Shown here in pieces: positions 40,386 through 56,986 of a stretch of 61,089 bases of DNA. A program made the translations under genes and the position numbers. The notes under the pieces were generated by a model. The model was given only the letters and a program-made list of their open reading frames with translations, had not been told where the DNA came from and ran no database searches. How positions within the stretch are numbered: the stretch's first letter is position 1; the number at the start of each line of letters is the position of its first letter. Source of the stretch: Eledone cirrhosa (Eukaryota); the NCBI GenBank assembly GCA_964016885.1, contig CAXHJY010000398.1, forward strand, positions 1-61,089, read 5' to 3'.

Positions 40386-40539
40386 CAAGATACTCTTCTC
40401 TCTCTATCACCCTTCTCTCCCTCCCTCTCTCTCTCTCAATATCTCTCTCCCCCCTCTCTATATATATTCTCTCTGTCTCTGTATCCCCTTTCTCTCCCTA
40501 TTCACTCTCTGTATCCCCTTCTCTCTCTATTCTCTCTTT

Positions 40540-40622
<83 letters not shown>

Positions 40623-41094
40623 AATCTCCTTCTCTGGAAAAAAATCAGTGGTATTCAAACTAGGAGAGGAGGAGTGGGAAGAGATGAGATCCACTAAGTT
40701 GTTTAAAATTTCCAAGACACACGACACATGTCACGCTAGCGCCCTCTATACTCCACCAGGAGTTACAAGTCTTTATATTTATATTATTTTCTTTCGCTGA
40801 CCTTTGTTCCTCTAAATTTATTTCCGTTCACCTTGAAAAATGAGCTGCTGTATATTTAAAAAGAAACGACTGTTCTGGTCCGTTGTTTTATTCATGCGTA
40901 TAGATTTAATGACATTACATGGGCTTTTGGGGAAGTAGGTTGAGGGACCTTCTGTCTTGGGGTGAGAGGTAGGAGGTGGGATAGGAGATGTCTGTCTGTC
41001 TATCAATGGTGATGTTGTATAAAACAGATGAACCTTTATATGTATGTGTGTGTAAGCATGTATGCATATATATATATATATATATATATGCATG

Positions 41095-41159
<65 letters not shown>

Positions 41160-41268
41160 ATACTTTGGGAGGGTCATGTTGCCAATAAAATGACCCTCCA
41201 AAGTATAGCAATATCTGTTTCAACACACGTTTTCGGATAAGAAATCTTGCAAAACAAATTCAAAAACG

Positions 41269-41357
<89 letters not shown>

Positions 41358-41893
41358 TAAGGAGTTGACGGACCCTGCATATTTATCAATGGCCAGGATC
41401 GGTTGTATCTCAGCGTACTCTATAGGCAATGTAGGATACATTCCCAGAGTATACACATAGTTATTCGCTTCAGTACAACACACGTAAAACGAGTGCCTAT
41501 AATATATGAAAAAAAAACGAGATGTCCTACACGAGTGAAAGTATAAGGAAAAAAGATGAAATCGAAAATGTAACTGGAGTCGTTTTAAGAATATTTATTT
41601 GGTTGCTTTACCGGTTTCGCAGTTCTTATGCTTTTCAAAAGTAGAATTGAGATGGAGGGTTTATGATTTTTATCGCATCTCTCTCGCATATATATATGCG
41701 ATTAGTTCTATCGTTGCTTTGGTATATATTGTGTGTTAGTTTCGCCTACCACAATGTTCGATTTGTCAAGCTATTTAAACGTATGTTATAACTCTGAGGC
41801 CCTATCTTATCGAGTGCTTTGCTAACTCATCATTTCATATAAGTAGGCCGAATTTACTTGCAAACCGCCAGAGATTCGATTTTACTGATTTCC

Positions 41894-42001
<108 letters not shown>

Positions 42002-42539
42002 AGTTGTGGATGTCATGTTTGAGAAATTTCGAATATGTGACCTGTCTCTCAAAATCAGCTCATTGAAAAAATTCAAAGAATAAATCCGACCATTTAATCA
42101 TTACAAAATAGTGAATGACATATATATACACATAAATATCCAATGATATAAATGTATAAGACATATCAAACTTTAACAAGAGACAATCTGTATAGGATGT
42201 AAGAATACATAGTTCCTTACAGTATCATATTTAAATTTAACAAAAATTTAAAACCAGATAAAATAATATATATCTCCCTCATATGTATCCTTCAGAAATC
42301 ATAAATATATTTCACCAAATATCGGTGTAGTCAGATAATCAATTTGGATAATCAATTTGGATTGTTATAAAATATATATATATATATTATGTTTTTTTGT
42401 TTTTGTTTTTTTTCTCGTGCAATGGCCATACTCGATAACGAAGGGGCAGCCATCATATATATATATATATATATTGGTAAACGGAAAAGAAAATGCTGAC
42501 AAATTGTTCCCAGTGAATTAATATATATATATATATATA

Positions 42540-42724
42540 TGTTTCTACTTTAGGCACAAGGCCAGCAATAACCCAGTTCATTACTGGTACTTTATTTTAT
42601 CGACTCCGTAAGGATGAAAGGCAAAGTCAACCTCGGCGGGATTTGAACTCAGATCGTAAAGGGACGTAACTATGCTGGAAAGCATGGCGTCCGACCCTCT
42701 ACCGATACTGCCAATCCACCGCCT
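42540..42724 (-). mobile_element. SINE, young subfamily, full length
   Basis: SINE consensus including the GGCGGTGGATTGGC head. Confidence 0.9.
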
Positions 42725-42778
42725 CATATATATTAATTCAAAATATTAACAAAAATAGACATTCGTGTGATCAAGTAT

Positions 42779-42843
42779 ATTTTATTATACATATTTCAGA
42801 GGTACTGAGCTATCTTCAACAGTACGTCCTCATCAGATAAAAT
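42779..42843 (-). ncRNA. type I hammerhead ribozyme motif
   Basis: TTTTTAT-CTGATGA-gga-cgtactg...cagtac-ctct-GAAA-TATGTA-TA-ATAAAAA; 7-bp stem I. Confidence 0.75.
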
Positions 42844-43237
42844 AAGATGATGCATGACATACCCTGACATAGTAGATGGTTAAGATTCCGTCATGGTAGT
42901 GAATATGATATGACAAGACTCAATATTTATATACCTTATGATTGAGACATGAAAAAACTTACATATAATACTGAGGGTCCGTGTGAAAGAGCTTAAAAAT
43001 ACATAATAGCGATTTACGTAACTGTAAATAACTGAGATTCAAATAATTTAAATTATTGAAGAAAGAAGAAAGAAAGAATGAAGACATGGAGAAACAGATG
43101 AGGAAAAAATATAGTTACTAGAAGTATAGAAAGCAAAAGAGAATTGATCAAGGATAGAGAGACAAAAGGGGAATAATTTTTATAGTATAAAGCATAGATA
43201 AATATACATTTGGGCATAGCTTTGTGTATATATATAA

Positions 43238-43321
<84 letters not shown>

Positions 43322-43326
<5 letters not shown>

Positions 43327-43893
43327 CGAGTAGGACCCCGACGGCTGAGCTCAAGCCGTTTCGACGGCTAATTCAGTCCAGAATTAGCCGTCGAAACGGC
43401 TTGAGCTAGCTCAGCCGTCGGGGTCCTACTCGTTCCTATTACCCACTCTACTACTCTAAGTATTGAGTACTTTGGTGCGTTATGGTCCACCTGGTTCCTT
43501 ACCACATTTCCTTCGTTATATATATATATATACATATATCTTCATTGGGCTTATACAATTAAGTTCACATGAAGATATGTCACTATCTTAACACCAAATA
43601 TTCTATTCTATCTGACGAAAGCTTACTGAAACATTAGTACCCTTGAAATACGTATAATAAATAAATATGGTTTTATAAAGATATTTTCCATTTATTAATA
43701 TTCTTAATATATATATATATATAACGAAGGAAATGTGGTAAGGAACCAGGTGGACCATAACGCATCAAAGTACTCAATACTTAGGGTAGTAGAGTGGGTA
43801 ATAGGAACGAGTAGGACCCCGACGGCTGAGCTCAAGCCGTTTCGACGGCTAATTCGAAACGGCTTGAGCTCAGCCGTCGGGGTCCTACTCGTT

Positions 43894-43897
<4 letters not shown>
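43322..43897. repeat. nested inverted repeats of the PLE-associated terminal family (hairpins 43323-43435 and 43800-43897; 43720-43853 inverted to 43381-43520)
   Basis: Direct reverse-complement matches. Confidence 0.9.
43605..43662 (+). ncRNA. type I hammerhead ribozyme motif, same family as 25331-25389
   Basis: ATTCTAT-CTGACGA-aagc-ttactgaaacattagtac-cctt-GAAA-TACGTA-TA-ATAAAT; shares downstream AATAAATATGGTTTTATAAA with the 25.3-kb copy. Confidence 0.65.
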
Positions 43898-43979
<82 letters not shown>

Positions 43980-44110
43980 GATAAATCTACCAAGAGTTTA
44001 CGGTAGTGTCCAATCCGTATGAAGAACTCAATGTATTCCGGATATCATGGAAAGAAGAGATGTAATGAAAAATCACTTTCGGTGAAAGATAAACGGTATA
44101 CAGAGTCAAG

Positions 44111-44510
44111 ATAAAATATTAAACAAATAATGAATAAACAATTCCTTATATTAAACAAAAAAAGTTCATTATTTAACGATCGTTTCTAGGATATATATGT
44201 GTTAGAATTGGTATGCATATTCAACAGATCTATGTACAAAATTATACAAAATTATACAAATTATCAAGATTAAATATACATACCAACACATATATACGCC
44301 GTCTTCAGACGTCTGAAGACGGCGTATATATGTGTTGGTATGTATATTTAATCTTGATAATTTGTATAATTTTGTATAATTTTGTACATAGATCTGTTGA
44401 ATATGCATACCAATTCTAACACATATATATCCTAGAAACGATCGTTAAATAATGAACTTTTTTTGTTTAATATAAGGAATTGTTTATTCATTATTTGTTT
44501 AATATTTTAT
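44111..44510. repeat. 400-bp apparently perfect palindrome (centre 44310/44311)
   Basis: Arms are reverse complements; ORF track gives an identical 68-aa ORF on both strands. Confidence 0.96.
44313..44446 (+). ncRNA. hammerhead core with greatly extended stem II, stem I 5' strand missing (mirror copy at 44175-44308, minus)
   Basis: CTGAAGA-cgg..TATATATGTGTTGG...CTAACACATATATA..cc-ta-GAAA-CGATCG-TT. Confidence 0.55.
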
Positions 44511-44520
44511 ATATATATAT

Positions 44521-44631
<111 letters not shown>

Positions 44632-44640
44632 TACATATAT

Positions 44641-44686
<46 letters not shown>

Positions 44687-44748
44687 AGTACTGCGAATTT
44701 TTTTTTATTTATTTTAAAACATTTTCTCTATTTGCTAGACCTTGATTT

Positions 44749-44779
<31 letters not shown>

Positions 44780-45091
44780 ATATATATATATATTGCTCCA
44801 GTATACTCAGCTGAAAATGAGTACCAGCAATAGCTGGGGGTTTGGCGTCTTGTACATTCAGTCACTTCACGCCATGAAACCGAATAAGCACCGACCAAAT
44901 GAGCCTTAAATGGCTTAAGACAGACTTTAGACTTTAGAAACCCTTGTGGCATCTTTTGTATGACAATCGATTTTAAAATATGTGTATTACAAAATGTTGT
45001 CTTAGGTGTCAGGTTGACATACGGCATGATATGGGAAAGAAGCGGAATTCAAAGGATGTTTCAAATAATAATAATAATAAATAATAATAAT

Positions 45092-45291
45092 AATTGTTTC
45101 TACAATGGGCACAAGGCCAGCAATTACCCAGTGTATTACTGGTACTTTATTTTATCGACCCCCCCCCCCCCGTTAGGATGAAAGGCAAAGTTAACCTCGG
45201 CGGGATTTGAACTCAGAATGGCAAGGGCCATAACTCTATGCGTCAAAAGCATGGCGTCCGACCCTCTACCGATACTGCCTATTCACCGCCC
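45092..45291 (-). mobile_element. SINE in (TAA)n
   Basis: SINE consensus. Confidence 0.88.
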
Positions 45292-45323
<32 letters not shown>

Positions 45324-45646
45324 GTAATAATAATAATATTATTACATGAAGCTAAATAGATCTGTATTGTTTTGCTATTCATAATACTAATATGACGTAA
45401 TAAAATATTGGTAGAAAGAGAATACGTACCCACTTACCTTCAGAATTATTAACGCACATTTGCATTGAACACCACAATCAATAAGCAAAAAAATCGATTA
45501 GCTTCATGTAAAAGTAAGAGAGAAACAGAGTCCGATAGCTTCAGATACAGTCATTCTATATGGATTTTTAAATCAATAATATCGCTGATCTCTTGAATTT
45601 AGTAAACTTTACTCGTTAAAATACCAATTTAAAGGCGCAAACATAA

Positions 45647-46506
45647 GTTGTTGTTTTGTTGTTGCTGTTGTTGTTGTGGCTGTTGTTGTTGTTGTGGCTG
45701 TTGTTGTTGTGGCTGTTGTTGTTGTTGTGGCTGTTGTTGTTGTTGTGGCTGTTGTTGCTTGTGGTGGTGGTGGTGGTGGTAGTTGTTTGTCGTGGTTGCT
45801 GCTGTTGTGGCTGTTGTTGTTTGTGGTGGTGGTGGTGGTGGTGGTGGTGGTAGTTGTTGGTCATGGTTGCTGCTGTGGCTGTTGTTGTTGTGGCTGTTGT
45901 TGTTGTGGCTGTTGTTGCTTGTGGTGGTGGTGGTGGTGGTGGTAGTTGGTTGCTGCTGTTGTGGCTGTTGTTGTTTGTGGTGGTGGTGGTGGTGGTGGTG
46001 GTGGTGGTGGTGGTGGTGGTAGTTGTTTGTCGAGGTTGCTGTTGTGGCTGTTGTTGTTTCTTGGTGGTTGTTGTTGTTTGTGGTTGTTGTTGTTTGTGGT
46101 TGTTGTTGTTTGTGCTGTTGTTGTTGTTTGTGGTTGTGGTGGTTGTTGTTATGGTTTGTGGTTGTTGTTGTTGTTACTGTTGTTTGTTGTGGTTGTTATT
46201 GTTGTTTGTGGTTGCTGTTGTTGTCGTTATTGTTGTTTGTGGTGGTTGTTGTTTGTGGTTGTTGTTGTTGTTGTTATGGTTTGTGGTTGTTGTTGTTGTT
46301 ACTGTTGTTTGTTGTGGTTGTTATTGTTGTTTGTGGTTGTTGTTGTTGTCGTTATTGTTGTTTGTGGTGGTTGTTATTTGTGGTTGTTGTTGTTGTTGTT
46401 GTTGTTTGTGGTTGTGGTTGTTGTTGTTTGTGGTGGTGGTGGTGGTGGTTGTTGTTTGTTGTGGCAGTGGTGGTGGTGGTAGTGTGGTTGTTATTGTTGT
46501 TGTGGT
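45647..46506. repeat. (TTG/TGG)n compound microsatellite
   Basis: Direct inspection. Confidence 0.96.
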
Positions 46507-46638
46507 GATACTTTATTTTATCGACCTAGTAAGGATGAATGGTAAAACTAACCTCGGCGAGAGTTAAACTCAGGATGTAAAGGGGCGTTACTCTATGCTG
46601 CAAAGCATGTTGTCCAGCACTCCTACCCATTCTGTCAA
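46507..46638 (-). mobile_element. diverged partial SINE
   Basis: TTTATCGACC..AAGGATGAA..AACCTCGGCG block. Confidence 0.7.
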
Positions 46639-46750
46639 TAAGGGTTGCAAAGGCATTCATCCATATAATAACGTATCACAAAGGGATTACATGAAGTGTG
46701 GGATGTATTCATAATTATATAAAAACCACTGATGGTACAGAAACGTGATA

Positions 46751-47062
46751 TCTATATATCTAAAACAGAATGTCTGTCTGTCTGTCGGGTCCCTAAAACT
46801 CGAGAACCACCCAACCGATTGTTTTCAACCTTTACATATGTAATACTTATGGTCCTGTGAGTGTTTTGAGCAAAGAAATTCCAAATTTTTAATGCCCTAG
46901 GGACCGCATTAGGCGATTTAGTAATCTCTCTCTATAATTCTTAGTCTTTCATTTTAGATAAATACATAGATATAACGTTGCGCCCTTATAATATCTGTCT
47001 GTATGTCTGGCTGCCTGCATTATGACATTATGACGCTGTGTGTGTATATATGTGTATATATA

Positions 47063-47152
<90 letters not shown>

Positions 47153-47493
47153 TGTAACGTTTTTCGAAATATTTACTTCTGCGTTCACAGATTGATTTTT
47201 TTAGTTTCAGAAGATCCCGTTAAGGGTAAAAGCAACGATTCTTTGCTTAAACTTTAATCTGTTATTTTAATATATATATATATATATAATTATATATTCG
47301 TCTACAGATATGTTTGCATACACAATAACAAAATATAAACAAACGTATTTATTTCACGAGGCTCAATAATAATAAATATATATCAAATATATAAGAACCC
47401 TAGAACAAATATATATCAAATATATAAGAACCCTAGAACAAATATATATCAAATATATAAGAACCCTAGAGCAGCGCCAGGCCATTCTGCTAG
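46751..47493 (+). mobile_element. non-autonomous Helitron-like element with internal TA tract and short tandem repeat
   Basis: A|TCTATATATCTAAAACAGAATG...CATTCTGCTAG|T; subterminal inverted repeat CAGAATG/CATTCTG; (TGTC)n near the 5' end. Confidence 0.65.
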
Positions 47494-48779
47494 TATAATA
47501 TATAAAAGAATTACATTTTTTATACAAATAAATATATATTTATTTGTATATAAATATGTATTTATTTATACAAATAAATATATATTTATTTGTATATTAT
47601 ATAGTAACGAGGTTATGGAAAATATACTCACTATAATCACGATTACTCACAACTACTCACTGAATGAGATATGGTTTGAACGTATAATCGAACGAACGAG
47701 TCTCAGAGTGCAAACAAAATGTATATTTGTAATGTAACAGCCAGTTAAAAACACATTTAATAGATAGACAAATACAATATACGTGTTGGTGTGTTTATAT
47801 ATACAAAAACACAAAACAAATATGGACAGCTCACTTACATACGAGTGATAAACCAACACCTTGTTTGCGTCAGAACTTCTCATGACAAAAAACACCCTTT
47901 AAATCTCGTCCAGGTGTTGGACTAGACAAGAAAGAAATGTCTTCTTGGTAGCTACAGTTTATAGGCTGCTTGGGTGATTTCGTTGATTGTCTATTGTTTG
48001 AGTGTTCTACACAATGTTATCCAATATTGGGCGGGTGTGTGGTGTATTAAGTCAGCTTGTTACTTAGATTCGTACTCGATCATAAAGACGAGACACACGT
48101 TTCAATATGCCCTACTCAGGTCGATGGAAACAACATCGTTCTACACAACGACCAGGGTTTTTTAACTGGTCTTTTGTGGATATATATATATATATATATA
48201 TATATGTTACTTTCCCCCATTGCTTATCCTTGATGCATTCCCTGGGCAAGACTGTACAAACACAATTGCGCTCCTGCCCAAATATAATTTATATAATTTT
48301 TTTAATGATCCATAGTGCTTCTCACCCAAGATAATCAAAGACAGATCATAGATCTGAAGAAGTTTCTTTTCTCACTCTCCGAAAATTGTGTATCTGACTT
48401 TAATAGAAAGTACTCCTAGTCAATATGGCGCCCACGGCATGTGACATGGGCACCACGAACGCCACGTCCTAGTTACGCTTCTGCAGATACCCACCCACAA
48501 CAAATGGAAACCTACTTGATTAAATTGGTTCAGAGCACCCACACAGGTACCCACATTCTCTGCTCGCTTTCCCGTCATGTATTATCTGCTTTGAAAGGAT
48601 CCCCGAAATAAGCTTCTTTTTTTTTTTTTCTTTGTTAGCTAACAGTCTGAAATACAATAATACTAATACTAATACTAATACTAATACTAATACTAATACT
48701 AATACTAATACTAATACTAATACTATAACTAATAATAATAACAATAACAGCATTAACAACAATGCTCTATTTGCCAGCA

Positions 48780-51270
<2,491 letters not shown>

Positions 51271-51804
51271 ATACACGGTAATCCTTGTTATTAATGAAAG
51301 GAATGAGGGAACTCTGAAAAAGTAGCCACGAGTTGTCTGTCTCATTTGAGATTGAAATCTAAAAACATGTCAAAAACAAAACCAACAAAATACTTGCTGA
51401 CGTCATGAATGCGATAATATATTTATTTTGTTATTTTTTTCATTGTTTTTTTTTTTAAACAAACAATAATTTTTTTTTTTTTTTTTTTTTTAATGACAAC
51501 TCAGCCGTATAAGTCATTAACATTCATATTTGAAAAGAGGCGGGCGGGGCTGCAGAGTTTAGGGCTAGGGGTAGGGGTAGGGAGGTTGGAATATAAAAAC
51601 AAAAATACAATAGATGCATTGAAGTTACGTTACGATACGAAAGGAGTTTATTTTATTTTATTTTACTTTATTTTATTTTAAAAAAAGTAAAATCTGTAAA
51701 TCTGTAAATCGTTTCGTTAACATATACATAATATACTTTTCGTTTTGTTTCGTTTTGTGTGTGTGTGTATGTGTGGGGGGGGGCGTGTGGGTGTGTGTGT
51801 GTGT

Positions 51805-51891
<87 letters not shown>

Positions 51892-52267
51892 TGTGTGAGC
51901 GTGTGAGCGTGAGTATGTGTTGTGTTTCTTTTTTTTCCTTCTTGTAGTAGGCGTGGACAAAAAAGGCGCCAGATTATTTCATAAAATATATCATACCTTT
52001 TCTTTTTATTTTTTTGGCTGCGAATATATAATGTAAATATATAAACATATAAATATATTTGAAATAAATAGGAAACAAATAATTATAGCAACTACAATAA
52101 CAATTTTAAACAAATAAAAAAAGATACAATAAGTACGAAAGTTCGTTAAAGAAGACAGGTTTATATCTTTGCTTTATTTCATATCTATTTAAGAAAGTTT
52201 TTTTTTCTTTAATATATTTATATATATTTATTTAATTATTTATTAATATAATTATTTATTTATTCAT

Positions 52268-52302
<35 letters not shown>

Positions 52303-52856
52303 TTCAAAAGCTTTTGTTTTTGGGAGGAAATGTAGTTTTATTTTCTGCTGTAGCTAATAAATAAAGCATATGTCGTTTTTGGTAACTGGGTATCGTTTTA
52401 ATAATGTTTTTTATAGCATTCCTGACATCCATACTTCTCGATGTTTCCAGATTTATCTTAAGTTAAGCGACGACTTTTCGCCAACGTATGAGAAATAAGC
52501 ACGGATTACAATGTGTGTGTGTGTGTGTTGGTGAGTGTGTGTGTGTGTGTGCGTGTGTCGGTGTATGTCTGTCAGTGTGTGTGTGTGTGTCGGTGAGTGT
52601 ATGTCACTGAGTGTGTGTGTGTGTGTGTATGTCACTGCTTGTATATCGGTGTATGTGTGTCTGTATGTGTCACTGTATGTGTGCATGAGTGTCGGTGTGT
52701 ATGAGTGACGGTGTGAGTGTGTCACTGTGTGTGAATGAGTGCGTGTGTGTCGGTGTATGAGTGCGTGTGTATTACAGTATGTGTGTCTATGTGTGCCACT
52801 GTGTGTGTGTGTCGAAATCTCCGTGTACGAATGCTTGTATGTCACTGTGTGTGTGT

Positions 52857-52890
<34 letters not shown>

Positions 52891-52910
52891 ACGAGTGCTT
52901 GTATGTCATC

Positions 52911-52945
<35 letters not shown>

Positions 52946-53302
52946 CATACATATTTGTGTATACGAGTGCTTGTGTGTCATTGTATGTGTGTGTGTGTGC
53001 ATGTAATTGTTCAGCCCCAGGTCAACACCCTGATGGTGTACACCTAACGCAAGGAGGAAAAGGTGTGATTTGAGGGATGTTTGACAACTATTTCTAGCAG
53101 GACACACGACAGCAAGGATGCCTCCTTACTCATATTTGTGTACGTGTGTTTATGTATGTGCATGTATGCGTGCATGCATGCGTGTGTGAACGTGCGTGCT
53201 TGCGTACATGCGTGAATGTCTTTATGCGTGCGTGCATGCATGAGTGCTTATGTACGCGTGTGAACGTCTGTATGCGTGCGTGTGTGTACGCGTGCTTATC
53301 TA

Positions 53303-54566
53303 CGTGTGTGAATGTCTCTATATGTGTGTGTGTGTTTGTGAACGTCTGTGAATGTCTCTATATGTGTGTGTGTGTGTTTGTGAACGTGTGTGAATGTCTC
53401 TATATGTGTGTGTGTGTTTGTGAACGTGTGTGAATGTCTCTATATATGTGTGTGTGTTTGTGAACGTGTGTGAATGTCTCTATATGTGTGTGATTGTGTT
53501 TGTGAACGTGTGTGAATGTCTCTATATATGTGTGTGTGTTTGTGAACGTGTGTGAATGTCTCTATATATGTGTGCGTGTTTGTGAACGTGTGTGAATGTC
53601 TCTATATATGTGTGCGTGTTTGTGAACGTGTGTGAATGTCTCTATATGTGTGTGTGTGTGTTTGTGAACGTGTGTGAATGTCTCTATATGTGTGTGTGTT
53701 TGTGAACGTGTGTGAATGTCTCTATATATGTGTGTGTGTTTGTGAACGTGTGTCGATGTCTCTATATATGTGTGCGTGTTTGTGAACGTGTGTGAATGTC
53801 TCTATATATGTGTGTGTGTTTGTGAACGTGTGTGAATATCTCTATATATGTGTGTGTGTTTGTGAACGTGTGCCGATGTTTCTATATATGTGTGTGTGTT
53901 TGTGAACGTGTGTGAATGTCTATATATATGTGTGCGTGTTTGTGAACGTATGTGAATGTCTCTATATGTGTGTGTGTGTTTGTGAACGTGTGTCAATGTC
54001 TCTATATATGTGTGTGTGTTTGTGAATGTGTGTGAATATCTCTATATATGTGTGTGTGTTTGTGAACGTGTGTGAATGTCTCTATATATGTGTGTGTGTT
54101 TGTGAACGTGTGTGAATATCTCTATATATGTGTGTGTGTTTATGAACGTGTGTGAATGTCTCTATATGTGTGTGATTGTGTTTGTGAACGTGTGTGAATG
54201 TCTCTATATATGTGTGTGTGTTTGTGAACGTGTGTGAATGTCTCTATATGTGAGTGATTGTGTTTGTGAACGTGTGTGAATGTCTCTATATGTGTGTGTG
54301 TGCGTGTTTGTGAACGTGTGTGAATGTCTCTATATATATGTGTGTGTTTGTGAACGTGTGTGAATGTCTCTATATATGTGTGCGTGTTTGTGAACGTGTG
54401 TGAATGTCTCTATATGTGTGTGTGTGTGTGTGTTTGTTTGTGAACGTGTGTCGATGTCTCTATATGTGTGAGTGTGTTTGTGAACGTACGCGTATCGCCG
54501 TGTGTGTGTGTGTTTGTGAACGAGTGTGAATGTCTGTATATGTGTGCGTGTTTATGAACGTGTGTA
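53303..54566. repeat. about 40-bp minisatellite (GAACGTGTGTGAATGTCTCTATATATGTGTGTGTGTTTGT)
   Basis: About 30 tandem units. Confidence 0.95.
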
Positions 54567-54835
54567 AGTACATAGAAAAAAAGATGTTTTCTGTTATTAT
54601 CTAGACGAAAAAGGAGAGGTGAGGGGGGGTAGAGCACCAATGACCTTCGTAGGCCCTCCCAGGCAAGTTAGATCGATGTGATCACAGTTAAATCTCTATA
54701 AATTGCAAACAGATATAGCGTGCAAGCATATTCTTAACGGTAACAGTCTGAATTCACTTAGAAACACCGTCAGAGTTTATAATACACACATACAGATATA
54801 CCGACAATCGATATACTTATATAAATAAATTCGTA

Positions 54836-54928
<93 letters not shown>

Positions 54929-55319
54929 CCTGTGTGTGTGTGTGCATATATATTTATGTGAAACTATGAAATATATGAAATATACAAGGAGGCATATAAT
55001 GTGTGTGGGTGAGTTTGTACGTATTATAAACTTATTTAGTAGAAATATATATGCATAGCCATGGTAAAGGAAGCATACAAGTTTAAAGCATTCCAACCGT
55101 GACAATCCCGTATTTTACCTAGAAACTGAAAAATCTATATCTACGTTATCTAGTTTGTCCGTCATACATTTATCATATGTTCTAGAAATAGCAATCGAAT
55201 CGCTTTCAAATCAAACCTTCCGGCCCCTAAAAGGTATTTGGTGGTTTAAGCCCCTGCAATAATCTGCTTTGGTTTTTACCACGCTGGTTTTCTATAGACT
55301 CTAAATATGTTAGTAAAAT

Positions 55320-55560
55320 AATTGTTTCTACTCTTTTGGCACAAGGCCAGCAAATTACTCCAGTGTATTACTGGTACTTTATTTTATCGACCCCGTAAGG
55401 ATGAAAGGCAAAGTTAACCTCGGCGGGATTTGAACTCAGAATGGCAAGGGCCGTAACTCTATGCTGAAAAGCATGGCGTCCGACCCTCTACCGATACTGC
55501 CAATCCAACAATGTTTTTAATTTCTTTCTTAGTCAGGTATTGGTAATAAAATACGTGGGC

Positions 55561-55613
<53 letters not shown>

Positions 55614-55798
55614 GTTTTTTATATGGGCACAAGGCCAGCAATTTTGGGGGGAGGGGGAAAGTCGATTAAATCGATCCCAGTACGTTACTGGTGCTTTATT
55701 TTATCAACCCCCGTAAGGATGAAAGGCAAGCTTGACCTCGGCGGGATTCGAACTCAGAACGTAAAGGGCCATAACTCTATGCTACAAAGCACGGTGTC
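55320..55798 (-). mobile_element. two SINEs (55320-55507; variant 55611-55798)
   Basis: SINE consensus; the second has an extra GGGGAAAGTCGATTAAATCGATCCC segment. Confidence 0.85.
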
Positions 55799-56226
55799 TT
55801 AATACTACACATGTACACTATATACACTTAAGTCTCCCCGCCCCCACATCCTAAATCTGTAACGGAAGCTCTGTTTAAAGACGACAGATTGTAGTAAAAT
55901 TTAGTTGCTATTTCTAGCGGTTTGAAGTTCCACGCTGTTTAGAGGGTCCCTTGTCAGATTCGCTCGCTTCCGTTTTGTTTGTTTGTTATTTTACTTTCGA
56001 GAAGAAATTGTTCAGAACAAATTCTTAACAAAACTCACTTTGATAAGACCTCCATATACACGCCTCAAATGCCCGCCAGTTTAAAACACACACACATATA
56101 TACACACAAACATATGCGTGCACACAAATAGCACAAACACACGCACACACAGAGAAAATGTGTGTATATGTACGTGCAAACCGACATACACGTATACACA
56201 TGCATAAAAATATTTCAGAAGTATGC

Positions 56227-56286
<60 letters not shown>

Positions 56287-56288
<2 letters not shown>

Positions 56289-56508
56289 GGTGTCCCCAAA
56301 AAATGTATACACACTTTGATTACCTGCACAGGTAATATTTATTAGAATGCTGTTGAAGTGTGTGTACATTTTTGAGGGACACCCTGTGTATATATATATA
56401 TATATATATATACGGTGTCCCTAAAAAATGTATACACACTTTGATTACCTGCACAGGCAATATTTATTAGGATACTGTTGAAGTGTGTGTACATTTTTGG
56501 GGGACACC

Positions 56509-56539
<31 letters not shown>

Positions 56540-56761
56540 CGGTGTCCCAAAAAAATGTATACACACTTTGATTACCTGCACAGACAATATTTATTAGGAT
56601 GCTGTTGAAGTGTGTGTACATTTTTGGGGGACACCCTGTGTATATATATATATATATATATATACGGTGTCCCAAAAAAATGTATACACACTTTGATTAC
56701 CTGCACAGACAATATTTATTAGGATGCTGTTGAAGTGTGCATAAATTTTTAGGGGACACCT

Positions 56762-56820
<59 letters not shown>

Positions 56821-56920
56821 GGTGTCCCAAAAAAATGTATACACACTTTGGTTACCTGCACAGGCAATATTTATTAGGATGCTGTTGAAGTGTGCATACA
56901 TTTTTAGGGGACACCCTGTG

Positions 56921-56986
<66 letters not shown>

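Noticed and set aside
42640-42724. tRNA gene at SINE heads
   Set aside because: A and B boxes are present, but no cloverleaf is evident and the sequence continues into the SINE body
44202-44419. Identical 68-aa ORFs on both strands
   Set aside because: Automatic consequence of the perfect palindrome
48085-48400. Possible hammerheads at about 48085-48125 (minus) and 48350-48397 (plus); also 47205-47235
   Set aside because: Core motif or stems II/III do not form convincingly
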